Assembly: GCA_016906335.1 (NCBI GenBank)
Contig: JADEYG010000009.1
Span: forward strand, 372,001 to 436,000
DNA: 64,000 nt
Reading direction: 5' to 3'
Origin: Novakomyces olei
Lineage: Eukaryota
Of the stretch, positions 51,233-64,000 are shown one piece after another (positions within the stretch are counted from its first letter, which is position 1; each line of letters begins with the position of its first letter). The position numbers were made by a program, and so were the translations under genes. The notes below the pieces were generated by a model. The model had not been told where the DNA came from. It did no database searches and was given only the letters and a program-made list of their open reading frames with translations.

Positions 51233-52744
51233 ATGACAGGAAGCTTTGCGAATTTCGCAGCACGGCGACTGGCTGCCCTTACACAGCAAAGCTGGCGACG
51301 AGGCTGGGATCGGTTATCCGGTTTATCCCTTGTTCTCGGCATGGCAGTTGCTGGTAGTGCAGATAGCAAGCCGATCAAATCAGCGTTAAAAGAGCCCAAC
51401 GAGGCAGCTCGCCTGGCTCCATGGACACGGCTACAGCAGCAAATCAGCCAAGTAACAGAGCGTCTTAGTTCCCAAACTGCTGATACCACTGTTCCAAGGA
51501 CGAGAGTACCTCCTACCCGGCAAGAAAAGCAGCAACAGCAAGAAGAAAGGCAAGAGAAAGCAGTATCTCCACGCTCATGGAACTGGCTCCCTGAAGGTTC
51601 AGCGTTTAAAGCCCCCAGGCACACGGTAGTACTCTGCCATGGCCTTGGCTTCATTGAAAGAATCCCCGATGCTTTTCCGAGTCTGCACGTTTCACACTGG
51701 GGCGATATAGCAGAGACATTGCTACGATTGGGCTGTAAAGTAATAACGGTACGGGTCCCGAGCACTGCTTCAATCGCTGAGCGAGCAAATGTCCTGCACC
51801 AGCAGTTGGAGGCAAAACTGGAAAAGGGGACAAAAATAAACTTTGTTGCGCATAGTATGGGCGGACTGGATTGCCGTCATTTAATTACCCATATCAGGCC
51901 CACATGGTACACTCCAGTCTCGCTAACGACTCTTTCCTGTCCTCACCGGGGTTCGCCTTTTATGGACTGGTGCCGTGATTACCTGGGGCTTGGCCGGATC
52001 TCTAGTGCCTCCAGTGTTGTTGCCCGAGACATAACCAGGGCGGCTTCGAGTCCTGACAATGGAGCGTCTTTGGCGGAAAAGTCAGGAAAGAAATTGGAAG
52101 CTTTAAGGGAACGCCAGGACGATGCAATTCGGACACTAGAGAGGGAGGTGAGGGACAAATCGGATTGGACTTTGTCGGGGGACGAAGTATTCAAGCAGGA
52201 AAAGGGGGCCGATGCCATGATGGCAACGGCAAAACAAAAACAAAAAATAAAGGAATCAAAATCAAAACTGGAAAATTTGGAAAACATGCAAAATTCCACA
52301 ACCGAAGATAAACGCGACAAGGCAGCAGCCCTGGCAGCCCTAAGCTCAACCATTTTGACGGGTACAATGCTTGCTCGTACGATTGATTGTCCGGCTTATG
52401 CAAACTTAACAACAAGTTTTTTACAGGACGTTTTCAATCCTGCAACTCCTGATATGCCGGATGTTTCGTACTTTTCTTTTGGTGCTACAGTCCCAGAAAG
52501 CCAGCCGATGCCGGTTTGGCATCCGCTCTGGCTGCCGCACCATATTGTAACGGCTGCAGAAGGCCGCGCTAACGATGGTCTGGTCAGTGTGCAGAGTGCG
52601 ATCTGGGGGCGTCATGTAGGCGATATTGAGTGTGATCATTGGCAGCTGCGTGGGAAGACGCTGGTGGCTCCGAAACTGGCTCAGTTTCGTGCTCCGGAGC
52701 TTTACTGCGGAATAGCCACGTGGCTTTCACGCGAGGGTTATTGA
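51233..52744 (+). CDS. TGL2: Tgl2-like mitochondrial triacylglycerol lipase (alpha/beta hydrolase)
   Basis: VVLCHGL, AHSMGGLDCR nucleophile elbow, LTTLSCPHRGSPFMD, NDGLVSVQSAIWG and CDH catalytic His. First ATG at 51233. Confidence 0.82.
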   Translation: MTGSFANFAARRLAALTQQSWRRGWDRLSGLSLVLGMAVAGSADSKPIKSALKEPNEAARLAPWTRLQQQISQVTERLSSQTADTTVPRTRVPPTRQEKQQQQEERQEKAVSPRSWNWLPEGSAFKAPRHTVVLCHGLGFIERIPDAFPSLHVSHWGDIAETLLRLGCKVITVRVPSTASIAERANVLHQQLEAKLEKGTKINFVAHSMGGLDCRHLITHIRPTWYTPVSLTTLSCPHRGSPFMDWCRDYLGLGRISSASSVVARDITRAASSPDNGASLAEKSGKKLEALRERQDDAIRTLEREVRDKSDWTLSGDEVFKQEKGADAMMATAKQKQKIKESKSKLENLENMQNSTTEDKRDKAAALAALSSTILTGTMLARTIDCPAYANLTTSFLQDVFNPATPDMPDVSYFSFGATVPESQPMPVWHPLWLPHHIVTAAEGRANDGLVSVQSAIWGRHVGDIECDHWQLRGKTLVAPKLAQFRAPELYCGIATWLSREGY

Positions 52745-53825
52745 CGAGCGCATTGGGAATATTGCATTGTACAGATTTTATTATAATTAATTGCATCAAC
52801 ATTTTGTATCATCAAAGTAGACCTTAAAGCCTTCAAGTCTTCGTAATAGCATTGTTTGACTGTTTGATTCTCTATATATGTGCTTGTATACATTCAGGTT
52901 GAATCCAAGTAATATTGAGCAACGAGAGCGAGGTCTTTGCTTACTTGTAAATCTCGCGCACACAATAAACAAGTAGTACAGCGTGCAGGACGATGGCCTT
53001 GTATGGAAAAAACAATTCGGTAAATAATAGGCTATATACGAACCAAACAATCAGTTCATATGGCACATATGGTACATTTTTATAGCAAATTTCACAAGCG
53101 TCCTGGGTTCGCGGTACGCTATGCTTATGGTAACGGTATAAAGGAACAATGTACGCTATTAAAATTAATACTCCGTTTGGTACCGAGGGCACAAGTAATG
53201 TTCCGGCTCTAATTTAAAGTAATTCATTTCCCACCGCCGTAATAGCATGCACCGAAATTTCTTCAATATAAGGTGATGTCATACACAATTTAAAATATAT
53301 TACAAGGGCAACAAGACGCCGGTCGCATGGCCTTATAAGGCAGGGCCGAATAAGCATCTGACTGTGCAGGAGTCTAGACAGGAGGTGAAGGATTATACGA
53401 TTGTTCGGTATCGGGCAACAATTTGTAAACAAAGCAGCGTTTTCTGCATTGCCTGCGTGCGTGGTCTTGCAATACCTGCCACAGCTATAGTCAGAATACA
53501 TTTAGGCAGAATATATATAGCATTGTTTATATGAAGCATGTTTTACATACACTGACTAGATTATAATATGGCAGTCTTCAATTTCCAATAATTAAATGCA
53601 CAATAAAAGCCATACTTGAAGATTACTGTGTGCACAAGGATCGCAACATGATTGGCGGGCTCGCATGCATAGCAATTTAACGCCAAACATTAATCGTAAG
53701 GCACAATATCCCGAAACGGTTAGAGAAGGATAATTCGGGCAGGTGTCAGATAACGGGAATTTCTCGCCGTTCTAGCTGCCGACGTTTACGGACGTAGCGA
53801 CAATCATTCGGGCCAATCGTCGCCT

Positions 53826-53833
53826 TATAAATA
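53826..53833 (+). promoter_or_regulatory. TATA box (TATAAATA)
   Basis: Consensus match about 120 nt upstream of the ATG at 53947, in otherwise mixed-composition sequence. Confidence 0.5.
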
Positions 53834-53946
53834 CGAGGCTTCCTGCACTGATGACGCTACTTGCAACGAACACCACACCTCTCATTGACAAACTCTTTTA
53901 CTGTCAATTTCTATTTACATCAGTTTTCTAAATATTTGTTGTTAAA

Positions 53947-54336
53947 ATGCCGATTATCAACAAGGCCGTCCGTTCTTTTAGCCACGCTGTTTGCACCAAA
54001 TCTCCTGTTGCTGCCACAAGTCGCCCAGCCGCACACCCCGCGTCCTATGCCGCCAGCCGCATTCGGCTTTCGCAGGTAGTGGCACCCACTTCGCCTATTG
54101 TGAGCGCTCCCAAGACAAAGAGCACAGCTGTACCTGCCGATGCTGAAAAGGACGCGTCTGCTCGCACACCTAACGCGAGCCTTTCTGACGAGGAGAAGAC
54201 TGTATGGGGCGAGTTGCACCGAAGCACTCAGGACCGTCTGGCTCAGTCGCAGTCTGGTGATATCCCGGAGAAGAAGGCGGCGACTGATTACAATGCTGAG
54301 TCGCGCAGCCGCCTGGAACGTTTACGTGCGGAATAA
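53947..54336 (+). CDS. Small hypothetical protein (129 aa) with probable mitochondrial presequence
   Basis: AAAATG context, GC-rich ORF, upstream TATA, a basic/Ser-rich acid-free N-terminus and a charged C-terminus. Confidence 0.7.
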   Translation: MPIINKAVRSFSHAVCTKSPVAATSRPAAHPASYAASRIRLSQVVAPTSPIVSAPKTKSTAVPADAEKDASARTPNASLSDEEKTVWGELHRSTQDRLAQSQSGDIPEKKAATDYNAESRSRLERLRAE

Positions 54337-55014
54337 GTGATGATTTGAGGAAACTTTGAGGAAGGATTTGAATAAAGATTTAAGGAAAGACTCGAGGAAA
54401 AAGATTTGAAGAGAATTGCTACACAAATCATCAGATACCGATCAGGAATATGGCTACGCCTTTGGGACAAAGGCATGTGAAATAGTGGTTGTTCGTTTTG
54501 TTGTTTTGGCCATTACAACGTCCGCTGCGCCTTTTAGCGATGAAGTGCTTTGAATGAAAGGTTGGCCGGCCAACTGTTGCAGTCGTCAAAGTATTTGCTG
54601 GACAGTTCTCGTTATTCTCGACAGTATTTTTTACATGCATATTTATAGTCTGGGTTTCGGGCATTTATGAGACTGCACACGTCTGGCAAGAGGGACGCAG
54701 TTAATTATTATGAAGATATGAGGTTTTGTTTTGATCACGAGCATTTGGTAGTTTGCCATTTAATGAAGGTTTACACTTTGAACAGAATTTAAATGCAGGT
54801 ATAGTAACTTTGTAGTTAGTGCCCTTGTTTGTGCTTATTCGTAAATGTACTAGTTTGTTTCCTTTTTATCGCGGACCCTGGGAATTCGTATTTGCATGCT
54901 CTTAATGAAGTTCTACATTGGCTTTGTATCTGCCAAACTCAATCTCCCAAGTATTCTGCTACGTACTTTGGGTAGATGGGCCACGGTTGTACTTCTAAAT
55001 TGTAATTTCAAGCA

Positions 55015-55148
<134 letters not shown>

Positions 55149-55983
55149 GTGTATTATAATTACGTAATATGGCATGCTAATATTTTAGGATAGAATAGTT
55201 AAAGCAGAGGCCATTTGATCGCCGTCCTAACAGACTCGATTTTAATTAGATACGGAGAGCACCGCTTCTTCTCCAAGCCATGGAAGATATTACAGACATC
55301 AAAATTTTTTAAGCAACTAAAATGCCAACACAAAATAAAATTATGAATTTCCAATACTAGCAGGGACACTGATCAGCATAAATATTTGATGGTTGCCCTC
55401 GATACCTCCAATATATACTGATCCCAAACACTCAAACAAGGATGGCGAAATCTATATGCTCGTCATAAATGTAACATAAAGTATGCAAACCTCAAGCACC
55501 TTTTCTCTGCAGACTGTAATTTGTGTTCTTTTTTATCAATATACTTGTCCTATCGGAGAGTGCTGTTCCGGTTCACCGGTCCGGGGCAAAAAAACCTCTT
55601 CTATTATATTATTTAGGTCGACATACATTTTCTATTAAAAAAAATATCTACAAAAAATTAGAGAATACAGAGCATTATTGCCATATCGGTCTTTGGAGTT
55701 TCTCGTTGGCTGAGCGTTCGTTGAAGGCTCGACTACTTGAAACCAAGCCGTCAATTGGCGACGAGAGCAAGATTTGTATATTCAAATCTTGCTGATCAAT
55801 CGGCGCTCTGCCGATCTGGAACGGCTTTTGTTCGCTGTGCATGAAGCTTTCAATTTTTATTTTTTTTGACAGCCTGGAATAAACGGACTTGTCTCCTTTG
55901 ACAATCTGACTCACTTTACGAGTCTATCAAGTCAATCGCTGCGGACTGTAAAGTAATAACGCAAATCGGTTCTGAGCATTACT

Positions 55984-58900
55984 ATGGCTGACGACAACGA
56001 GCCGGTGGCAGCAGAGGAAGGTAAGGATGAATCGATACTTTTACAACTGCTAACATGCAGCTGGACCTGAAGCTGATTCGTGTACGCTTACACCTTACAC
56101 TGATGACAATCACACTAATCTATAGCAACTATGCATACACTGACTATTCACTATGACGGAGAAGACTCTGTTAAAGTCATGGTAGGTTCAGCCTTAATTC
56201 GTTAGAAAGCAAGAACGGCGCAAAACAACAAGAGTCCGTCAGACTAATCTCGAATAAAGTTCAAAACCAGCAAATTTAGAATTAAAATATTTGATCCTCC
56301 GAATCCCTTTATAACAATGCTAATTGCAAGGCATCTGCCAACGAGACGGTGACAGAAATTCGGCAGTCGCTTAACGATTTACAGAGAACTTTCCATTTGA
56401 CTTGTTACCATTTTGAGTTTAATGGCAAGCCGCTCAATGATTTTGCAGAGCTGCATGAGATTGAAAATCTACCCTCTGAAGCTGACTGGCAGCTTGTACT
56501 AGACCCCTACACGGAGCGAGATGCTAAAATACACATATCACGGGTCCGTGATATAGTCGGAATCGGTGCCGGCCAGTCATCGCCCGATTTCTGTGGTGTA
56601 AATCCTGGTTCAACAGATTTTCAAGCCGTACAAGACCAAAATCTGGAGTCGATCCCGGTTTTTTCCTTGCAAGACTGTAATGGGTCCCTTGTTGCCGAGC
56701 AAGAAGGTATCAATAGCCAGAATCTTCCGCCATTGTGCCTAAAAGCTTTGGCTGTTTCTCCCTGGACTCCTCCACCCGCACCCTTACGGGCAGTGGGGCA
56801 CCTTCTCTACCTCTTGTTTACGAGCCTTGAGGGCGAAACTTTTACTATTACATCACATGTTCGTGGCTTTTACTTGAATCGCTGCAGCAACAACAAGTTC
56901 GACCCGTCGCCCAAATTATCAGGCAGTCATATTAAAGAAGGACTGGTCTTCTACCATTCGCTTGTTGATCTGTTGAAGCAGTTGAGTCCCTTGTTTGATA
57001 CCAATCTGAAGCAGTACCAGACCTGGATGGCCTCTCGTGATATTTTAGCAATCAGTCCTATAACAAACTGCCTTCCTGCTACTCCCTGGATCACCTCTGT
57101 GCCCGCTCCTCAAGAGCATAAGCCTGATATTGGAAGATCACAGGATCTATGGGGTTTTTCAGGAGCCAACGGCGGAGGTGGAGGCAGCGGATCTGGTGGA
57201 ACTGGGTCCGCTTCCGGGGCTGGATCCGATAATTTACGCGACTGGAACGAAGAGATTCAGTCAGCGAGAGAAATGCCGCGCAGCAATGTTCAAGAACGGC
57301 TTTTGCGTGAAAGACTACTCCATAAATCTCTGGCTGATTTTACTACGGCCTGTGCTCGGGGTGCTTGTATGGTAGTCCGTGGAGAGGTTACGGCAGTAAA
57401 CCCATTGGAACCAGAGTCTGCACAAATGTTTATTTATAATAATATTTTCTTTTCCCGAGGAGTTGATGGCATTGACGTATTTGCCGCTGAGGGAGGAGAT
57501 CCTGCTGCCCACGTGGCAGTTACACGTGACCTCTTGGGCGTTCGTACAATCTCCCGACTCGACCCAGAAGGCGTTTGCCTGTTGGGTACAACAGTAGTAG
57601 ATTACGCAGGGCAGCGAATAGTATGCCAGAGTGTTGTTCCCGGGATTTTCCGAGATCGGGGAGACGGAGAGAGCCAGATTGTATATGGCAGCGTCGAGGG
57701 CAGGGACGCTATTGTTGCACAGCCTCAGTTTGCCGACCTGGTCCGGCCATTGTCCCAGCAGTTGCATATAGAACCTCATAAAGTTCCGGGCAAGTCTGAG
57801 CCCGACACTAGCACTGACGCTAGTAATAGTCTTGCCCAGCATGAACTCTTGCTCAGTCTAGACACAAAAGGTCTGGCGGGCAGTGATGGAAGGCATTACT
57901 TGCTTGACCTGTACCGTATTACGCCTATAGACATTGATTTCTTGGAAAAGTATGGTGACGGCAAAGGGCCCGACCTTTACCCTCATCGTATTGCGCTTTT
58001 GCGGCCAGAGATGGTGGAGATTTTCTGGGAGTCCCGGTTACAGGCTTACTTGCAAGAGCGGGCAGAGGAGAGACAGCGGGTCAAGGGCGGCGGTGAGGAT
58101 AGTAAAGGGGCAGAGGACGTAAAAGACTCGGGCAACGAGAGCAACGAGAGCAACGTGGACGTGGAAGCGTCTGGCAAAGAGAATGGTGAAAGCAATGCGC
58201 AGCAGGAAGAGGAATTAGCTGCGAGGCAACAAGATATAAATGCTTTCCAATTATCATTGAACCCCGACGCTTTCCTTGTGCCTGGAGCCAGTACAAAAGA
58301 GCAAGACAGCATCGTGAGAGAGGCAAGTGAAATGATCCATCGAGTACAAATTCCCAAGCTTATCGAGGATTTGGAGACGGACTCGGTTAATGTGCCAATG
58401 GACGGGCCAACACTCTCCCGGCTACTGCATAAAAGGGGCATTAACCTCCGCTACTTGGGCCAAATGGCACAGCAGCTTGATGCCAGGATCGAAGCCTGCC
58501 AAAAGGAAGGGAAAACCAAAGGGCAATTGGAGGCCTTTGCTTACTTGGTCAAGCTGGAACTCGTTACTCGGGCAGCAAAGCATGTGGCCTGGCGAGAATT
58601 GCGCTCTGTGCCTTTGCCTCTGCAACCAAACGCCGTTGCACAATTCATAAACTGCCTGCTGGCCCATGACACAGCTGCCTCGGCCACGATCCCGGCAGAG
58701 CTGCACAGCCTCTACCCGCCCACTGCTTATTCCTTCTTACAAACCCTAACCCTAAATAATGTTCGCGAGGCGGTGAGCAAAGAAGCGCGGGTTCGATTCC
58801 GGACGGCGGCACATTTCAGTGTAGCACAATGGATTGAGGGCAGTGCTCCGGGCGCTCTTGTGCGCAACTTGTGCCTCGCACTCGGAGTGCAATTAGCCCG

Positions 58901-60089
58901 CCGTGACTATACCGCCTCTCATGACATTATAGTGCCCGGCCTGCCTGAACAACAGGCACCCAAAACAGCCAAAAAAAAGGGTAAAAAAGACAGTACAAGT
59001 GCCCACAACAACCTGCAGTCCTCGGGCTCAATGGTCATGGTGCTTGCACCATGGACATTGAGCGCGGCCGATGTACTTGATATTGTCCCTGTTGTAAGGA
59101 GCTGCTCGCCTCTAAGCTCCCTGGCCTCTGATTCACTAGACGCTGGACGAATAACCCTGGCCCAGCCTGACGGCCGTTCGCTAGGCTTGGAGCTGTTGCA
59201 GGAATCAGTGTCCCTGCACGAGAGCATATACGGCCTGATCCACCCTGAAGTGGCCCGGGCTTACAATACTTTGGCCCTTGTATATTACAACTTACAGGAG
59301 AGGCAGAGTGCTGTTGAAATGGCACGTAAAAGCGTCGTTGTTTACGAGCGTACGCTCGGCCTTGATGCCGGTGAAACAGTGTTGGCGTACCTTAATTTGG
59401 GACTGTTTGAGTACGCTGCCGGCAGTACCGCTCTAGCGCTTGTGCTTATTAGACACGCTCTGCACTTGTGGGCCTTTACGTTTCCCCACGTTCACCCAGA
59501 GAGCCTTACTATTGTAAACAATGTGGCGGCCATGTACCAGAGCAGCCAGGCCTTCTCTGCCAGCCTCGAATGGTACGAGGCCGGGCTGCAGTTGGCCTGC
59601 CGACTGTACGGAGACAAGTCTGCCAGCGTGGGCAATACAAAGTTCCAGCTTGCTCAGGCTCAGGCGCTAGTGCAGGACAGTCATGCCTCTGTGGGGACAA
59701 TGCGTGGAGCTTATGCTATTTTCAAGCAAGAGTTTGGGCCGCAAGACAGGGCGACATTGGAAGCAGAGTCTCTGCTCTCTGCTCTCACTCAGAATGCAGT
59801 AGCGATTGCCAAAAGGCACCGTGACGCACTGCGACAGGGCAGTTCCAACTCTGTTTCTGGCCTCGATGGTATTCGACTCGCACAGAGGCCTTTGCGCATG
59901 TCTGAAGGTGTCGGCTCTGCTTCCGTTGGCTCTCCTTCTGCTGCCGCCTCCGCGTCGAGTGGCGTCGGGTCCCGTGGCAATGAGACTATCGACGAACTCG
60001 TACGCTACATTGGGGGGAACGATGCGCCAATGAAGCACAAACCAGCGTCGAGTGGTAAGGGCAAGAAGGCGAAACTTGGGAAAAAATGA
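55984..60089 (+). CDS. CLU1: Clustered mitochondria protein Clu1/Tif31 (4 exons)
   Basis: LDPYTERDAKIHISRVRD, SPWTPPP..GHLLYL, RDWNEEIQSAREMP, VVDYAGQRIVCQSVVPGIF, GSDGRHYLLDLYR, LHKRGINLRYLG and TPR repeats. Three short 5' exons splice in frame. Confidence 0.95.
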
Positions 60090-60189
60090 TGGGAATACCC
60101 GCTGCGGTTTATTGCTGCATTTAAAACGAAAATCACTACTCTTGTCTACTGCTAAACGTGCTACATGAAAAGATAGATGAATAAAAAGG

Positions 60190-60441
<252 letters not shown>

Positions 60442-60620
60442 ATTCTTGTTTATTTGAATATAGAATGGCAAGGTATATTTCATATTTATTCACATTTATA
60501 CTTTGTATCCTCATATATAAGTTTTCCGTATATAATATTTTACTCCACATATATTACAATATGTCGGCATTTATGTGTGACATGTGTATAATACAGATAC
60601 AATGTACTACCAGTATATAT

Positions 60621-60644
60621 AGGGTAGGGTAATTGACAGTCACG
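60621..60644 (+). promoter_or_regulatory. Homol E (AGGGTAGGGT, 60621-60630) plus Homol D (CAGTCACG, 60637-60644) ribosomal-protein promoter module
   Basis: Exact matches, in the canonical E-then-D order, 53-76 nt upstream of the RPS7 ATG. Confidence 0.85.
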
Positions 60645-60696
60645 GGCCTGGTAATAGACAATACACAGCAACAACACACAACTGACCTGCATCACA

Positions 60697-61322
60697 ATGT
60701 CTGCGCTCAACAAGATCAATAAAAAGGCCTCTGAGCCGACAGAGACAGAGCTGTTAGTAGCACAGGCACTATATGACTTGGAGACGTCTACTCCGGATCT
60801 GAAGGAGGAGCTGCGGCCGCTTTACATTACTGCGGCACGCGAGGTTGAAGTCGGAAGTGGTCGCAAGGCAATTGTTATTTTTGTGCCAGTTCCTCTTCTC
60901 AAGGCCTTCCACCGCATCCAGGCTCGGTAACAATTCGAATTCATGCATTTAAACTAACTTTTGATAGTCTCATGCGTGAGTTGGAGAAAAAATTCAGCGA
61001 CAAGCATGTAATCTTTATTGCACAGCGCCGTATCCTACCCAAGCCAGGCCGCCATTCACGCCAAAAACAAAAGCGCCCGCGCTCTCGTACTCTGACCGCT
61101 GTTCACGACGGTATCCTAGAGGATTTGGTGTTCCCTACCGAGATCATTGGCCGCCGTGTACGCCAGTCCACTGACGGAAAGCGTGTAACCAAGGTTTTCT
61201 TGGACGCAAAGGACGCAAACTCGCTCGACTACAAACTTGATTCTTTCAGCAGTGTATACCACCGCCTAACCGGCAAATCTGTCGTGTTTGAGTTTCCGGC
61301 ACAGCATGGCGACGGATTGTAA
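60697..61322 (+). CDS. RPS7: 40S ribosomal protein eS7 (2 exons, intron of about 42 nt)
   Basis: [35 protein letters not shown] and [28 protein letters not shown]. Confidence 0.98.
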
Positions 61323-61540
61323 AGTGCTTTTGCGGATAGGAAAAAAGAGAAAAAGGCACTCATAAATTCATACGCACATTACCCCCTTTATCTTCCTTTG
61401 CCTACAAACCTAATTCATCAAGCCAATGTGAGTAGCATGTAAATGTGATACCGGGTAGAGTGCATTACAACTTTTCGCCCTGGTCCAGGGTACAGCAGGA
61501 GCGCCAAGCGTACACGCAGATGTAGACACTTGCAGTGCAA

Positions 61541-61557
61541 TAACCCTAACTAACCCT
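61541..61557. promoter_or_regulatory. Telobox pair TAACCCTAACTAACCCT (identical to 417-433)
   Basis: Read directly. Confidence 0.55.
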
Positions 61558-62033
61558 GAGCCTTACCAATCAATGGGTTGAATACAATGGGACCTGTGCA
61601 TATCTATTAAGAAGGGTATTATCTGCAGTACCACTGATTGGCTTGTGCTATCGTTATCCCTTGTTGGGAAAACTATACAAGTAATTAAAAATAAAATATA
61701 ATTATAAACAAAGTATAATCGTATTTGTTAATATAATCGTATTTGTTAAAATGATTATAATATAAATGAAAGCATTAATCGTTATTAATGTGATTATTAA
61801 TGTATTCATGGTCAGTATCATATTGGGCAGTCTCGGCGTTGCCCCCGGAGGAATGGCATCTCCGCGCATATAATAAGTGTTGTTGTATTACTTGGAACCA
61901 CGCGGTGTTCGCTTGAAGCAAGCGATCTTTGCTGTGCTCTGCAAATCCCTATAATATAATTCACCTGTCAATGATTGACTCTAGTATACAATAATTGCAC
62001 ATTGCGATATATAATGAATGAGAGGGTCATTTT

Positions 62034-64000
<1,967 letters not shown>

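Noticed and set aside
52796..53501. Short minus-strand ORFs between TGL2 and the 53947 gene
   Set aside because: No family motifs, no consistent splice model, and intergenic-like composition.
54337..54450. Box C (GTGATGA) immediately after the 53947 ORF
   Set aside because: No matching box D or terminal stem; more simply tandem stop codons in a 3' UTR.
61447..61530. H/ACA snoRNA candidate downstream of RPS7 (hairpin, ACAGCA, ACA)
   Set aside because: The second hairpin is too weak and no target is identifiable; it would need a snoRNA or Rfam search.

Overview
Gene-dense nuclear DNA from an intron-containing ascomycete fungus, probably an early-diverging yeast-like lineage (37-50 nt introns, Homol D/E boxes and TTAGGG promoter motifs; the taxonomic placement is inference). 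The genetic code looks standard: the conserved Leu in the m-[11 protein letters not shown] motif is encoded by CTG. About 28 protein-coding genes can be modelled, mostly housekeeping: ATG17, RIO1, AEP2/ATP13, RTT103, COX14, a WBP2-like gene, a UPF0145/YbjQ gene, ERG2, KRR1, a Gag1-like gene, BLOC1S1, ARG8, VPS39, MED6, DLD1, SPP1, YTA12/AFG3, NPR3, a DUF1295 gene, MKK1, DBP8, HAS1, a TGL2-like lipase, CLU1, RPS7 and a MAL/AmyR-type Zn2Cys6 factor cut off by the window end, plus several orphans. I found no tRNA, rRNA, transposon or CRISPR, and no clearly new multi-gene system. The most unusual signals are architectural: (i) long AT-rich microsatellites filling promoters and introns, with the intronic ones T-rich on the sense strand and free of AG; (ii) telomere-type TAACCCT/AGGGTTA boxes at many gene boundaries, including an identical 17-mer 61 kb apart and one filling a 25-nt gap between convergent genes; (iii) very degenerate splice signals; (iv) a CAAX-box orphan with an apparently multiply spliced, uORF-containing leader; (v) small spliced genes and candidate structured or antisense transcripts missed by the ORF track. 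Gene models were spliced by eye, and product calls come from remembered family motifs, not database searches.
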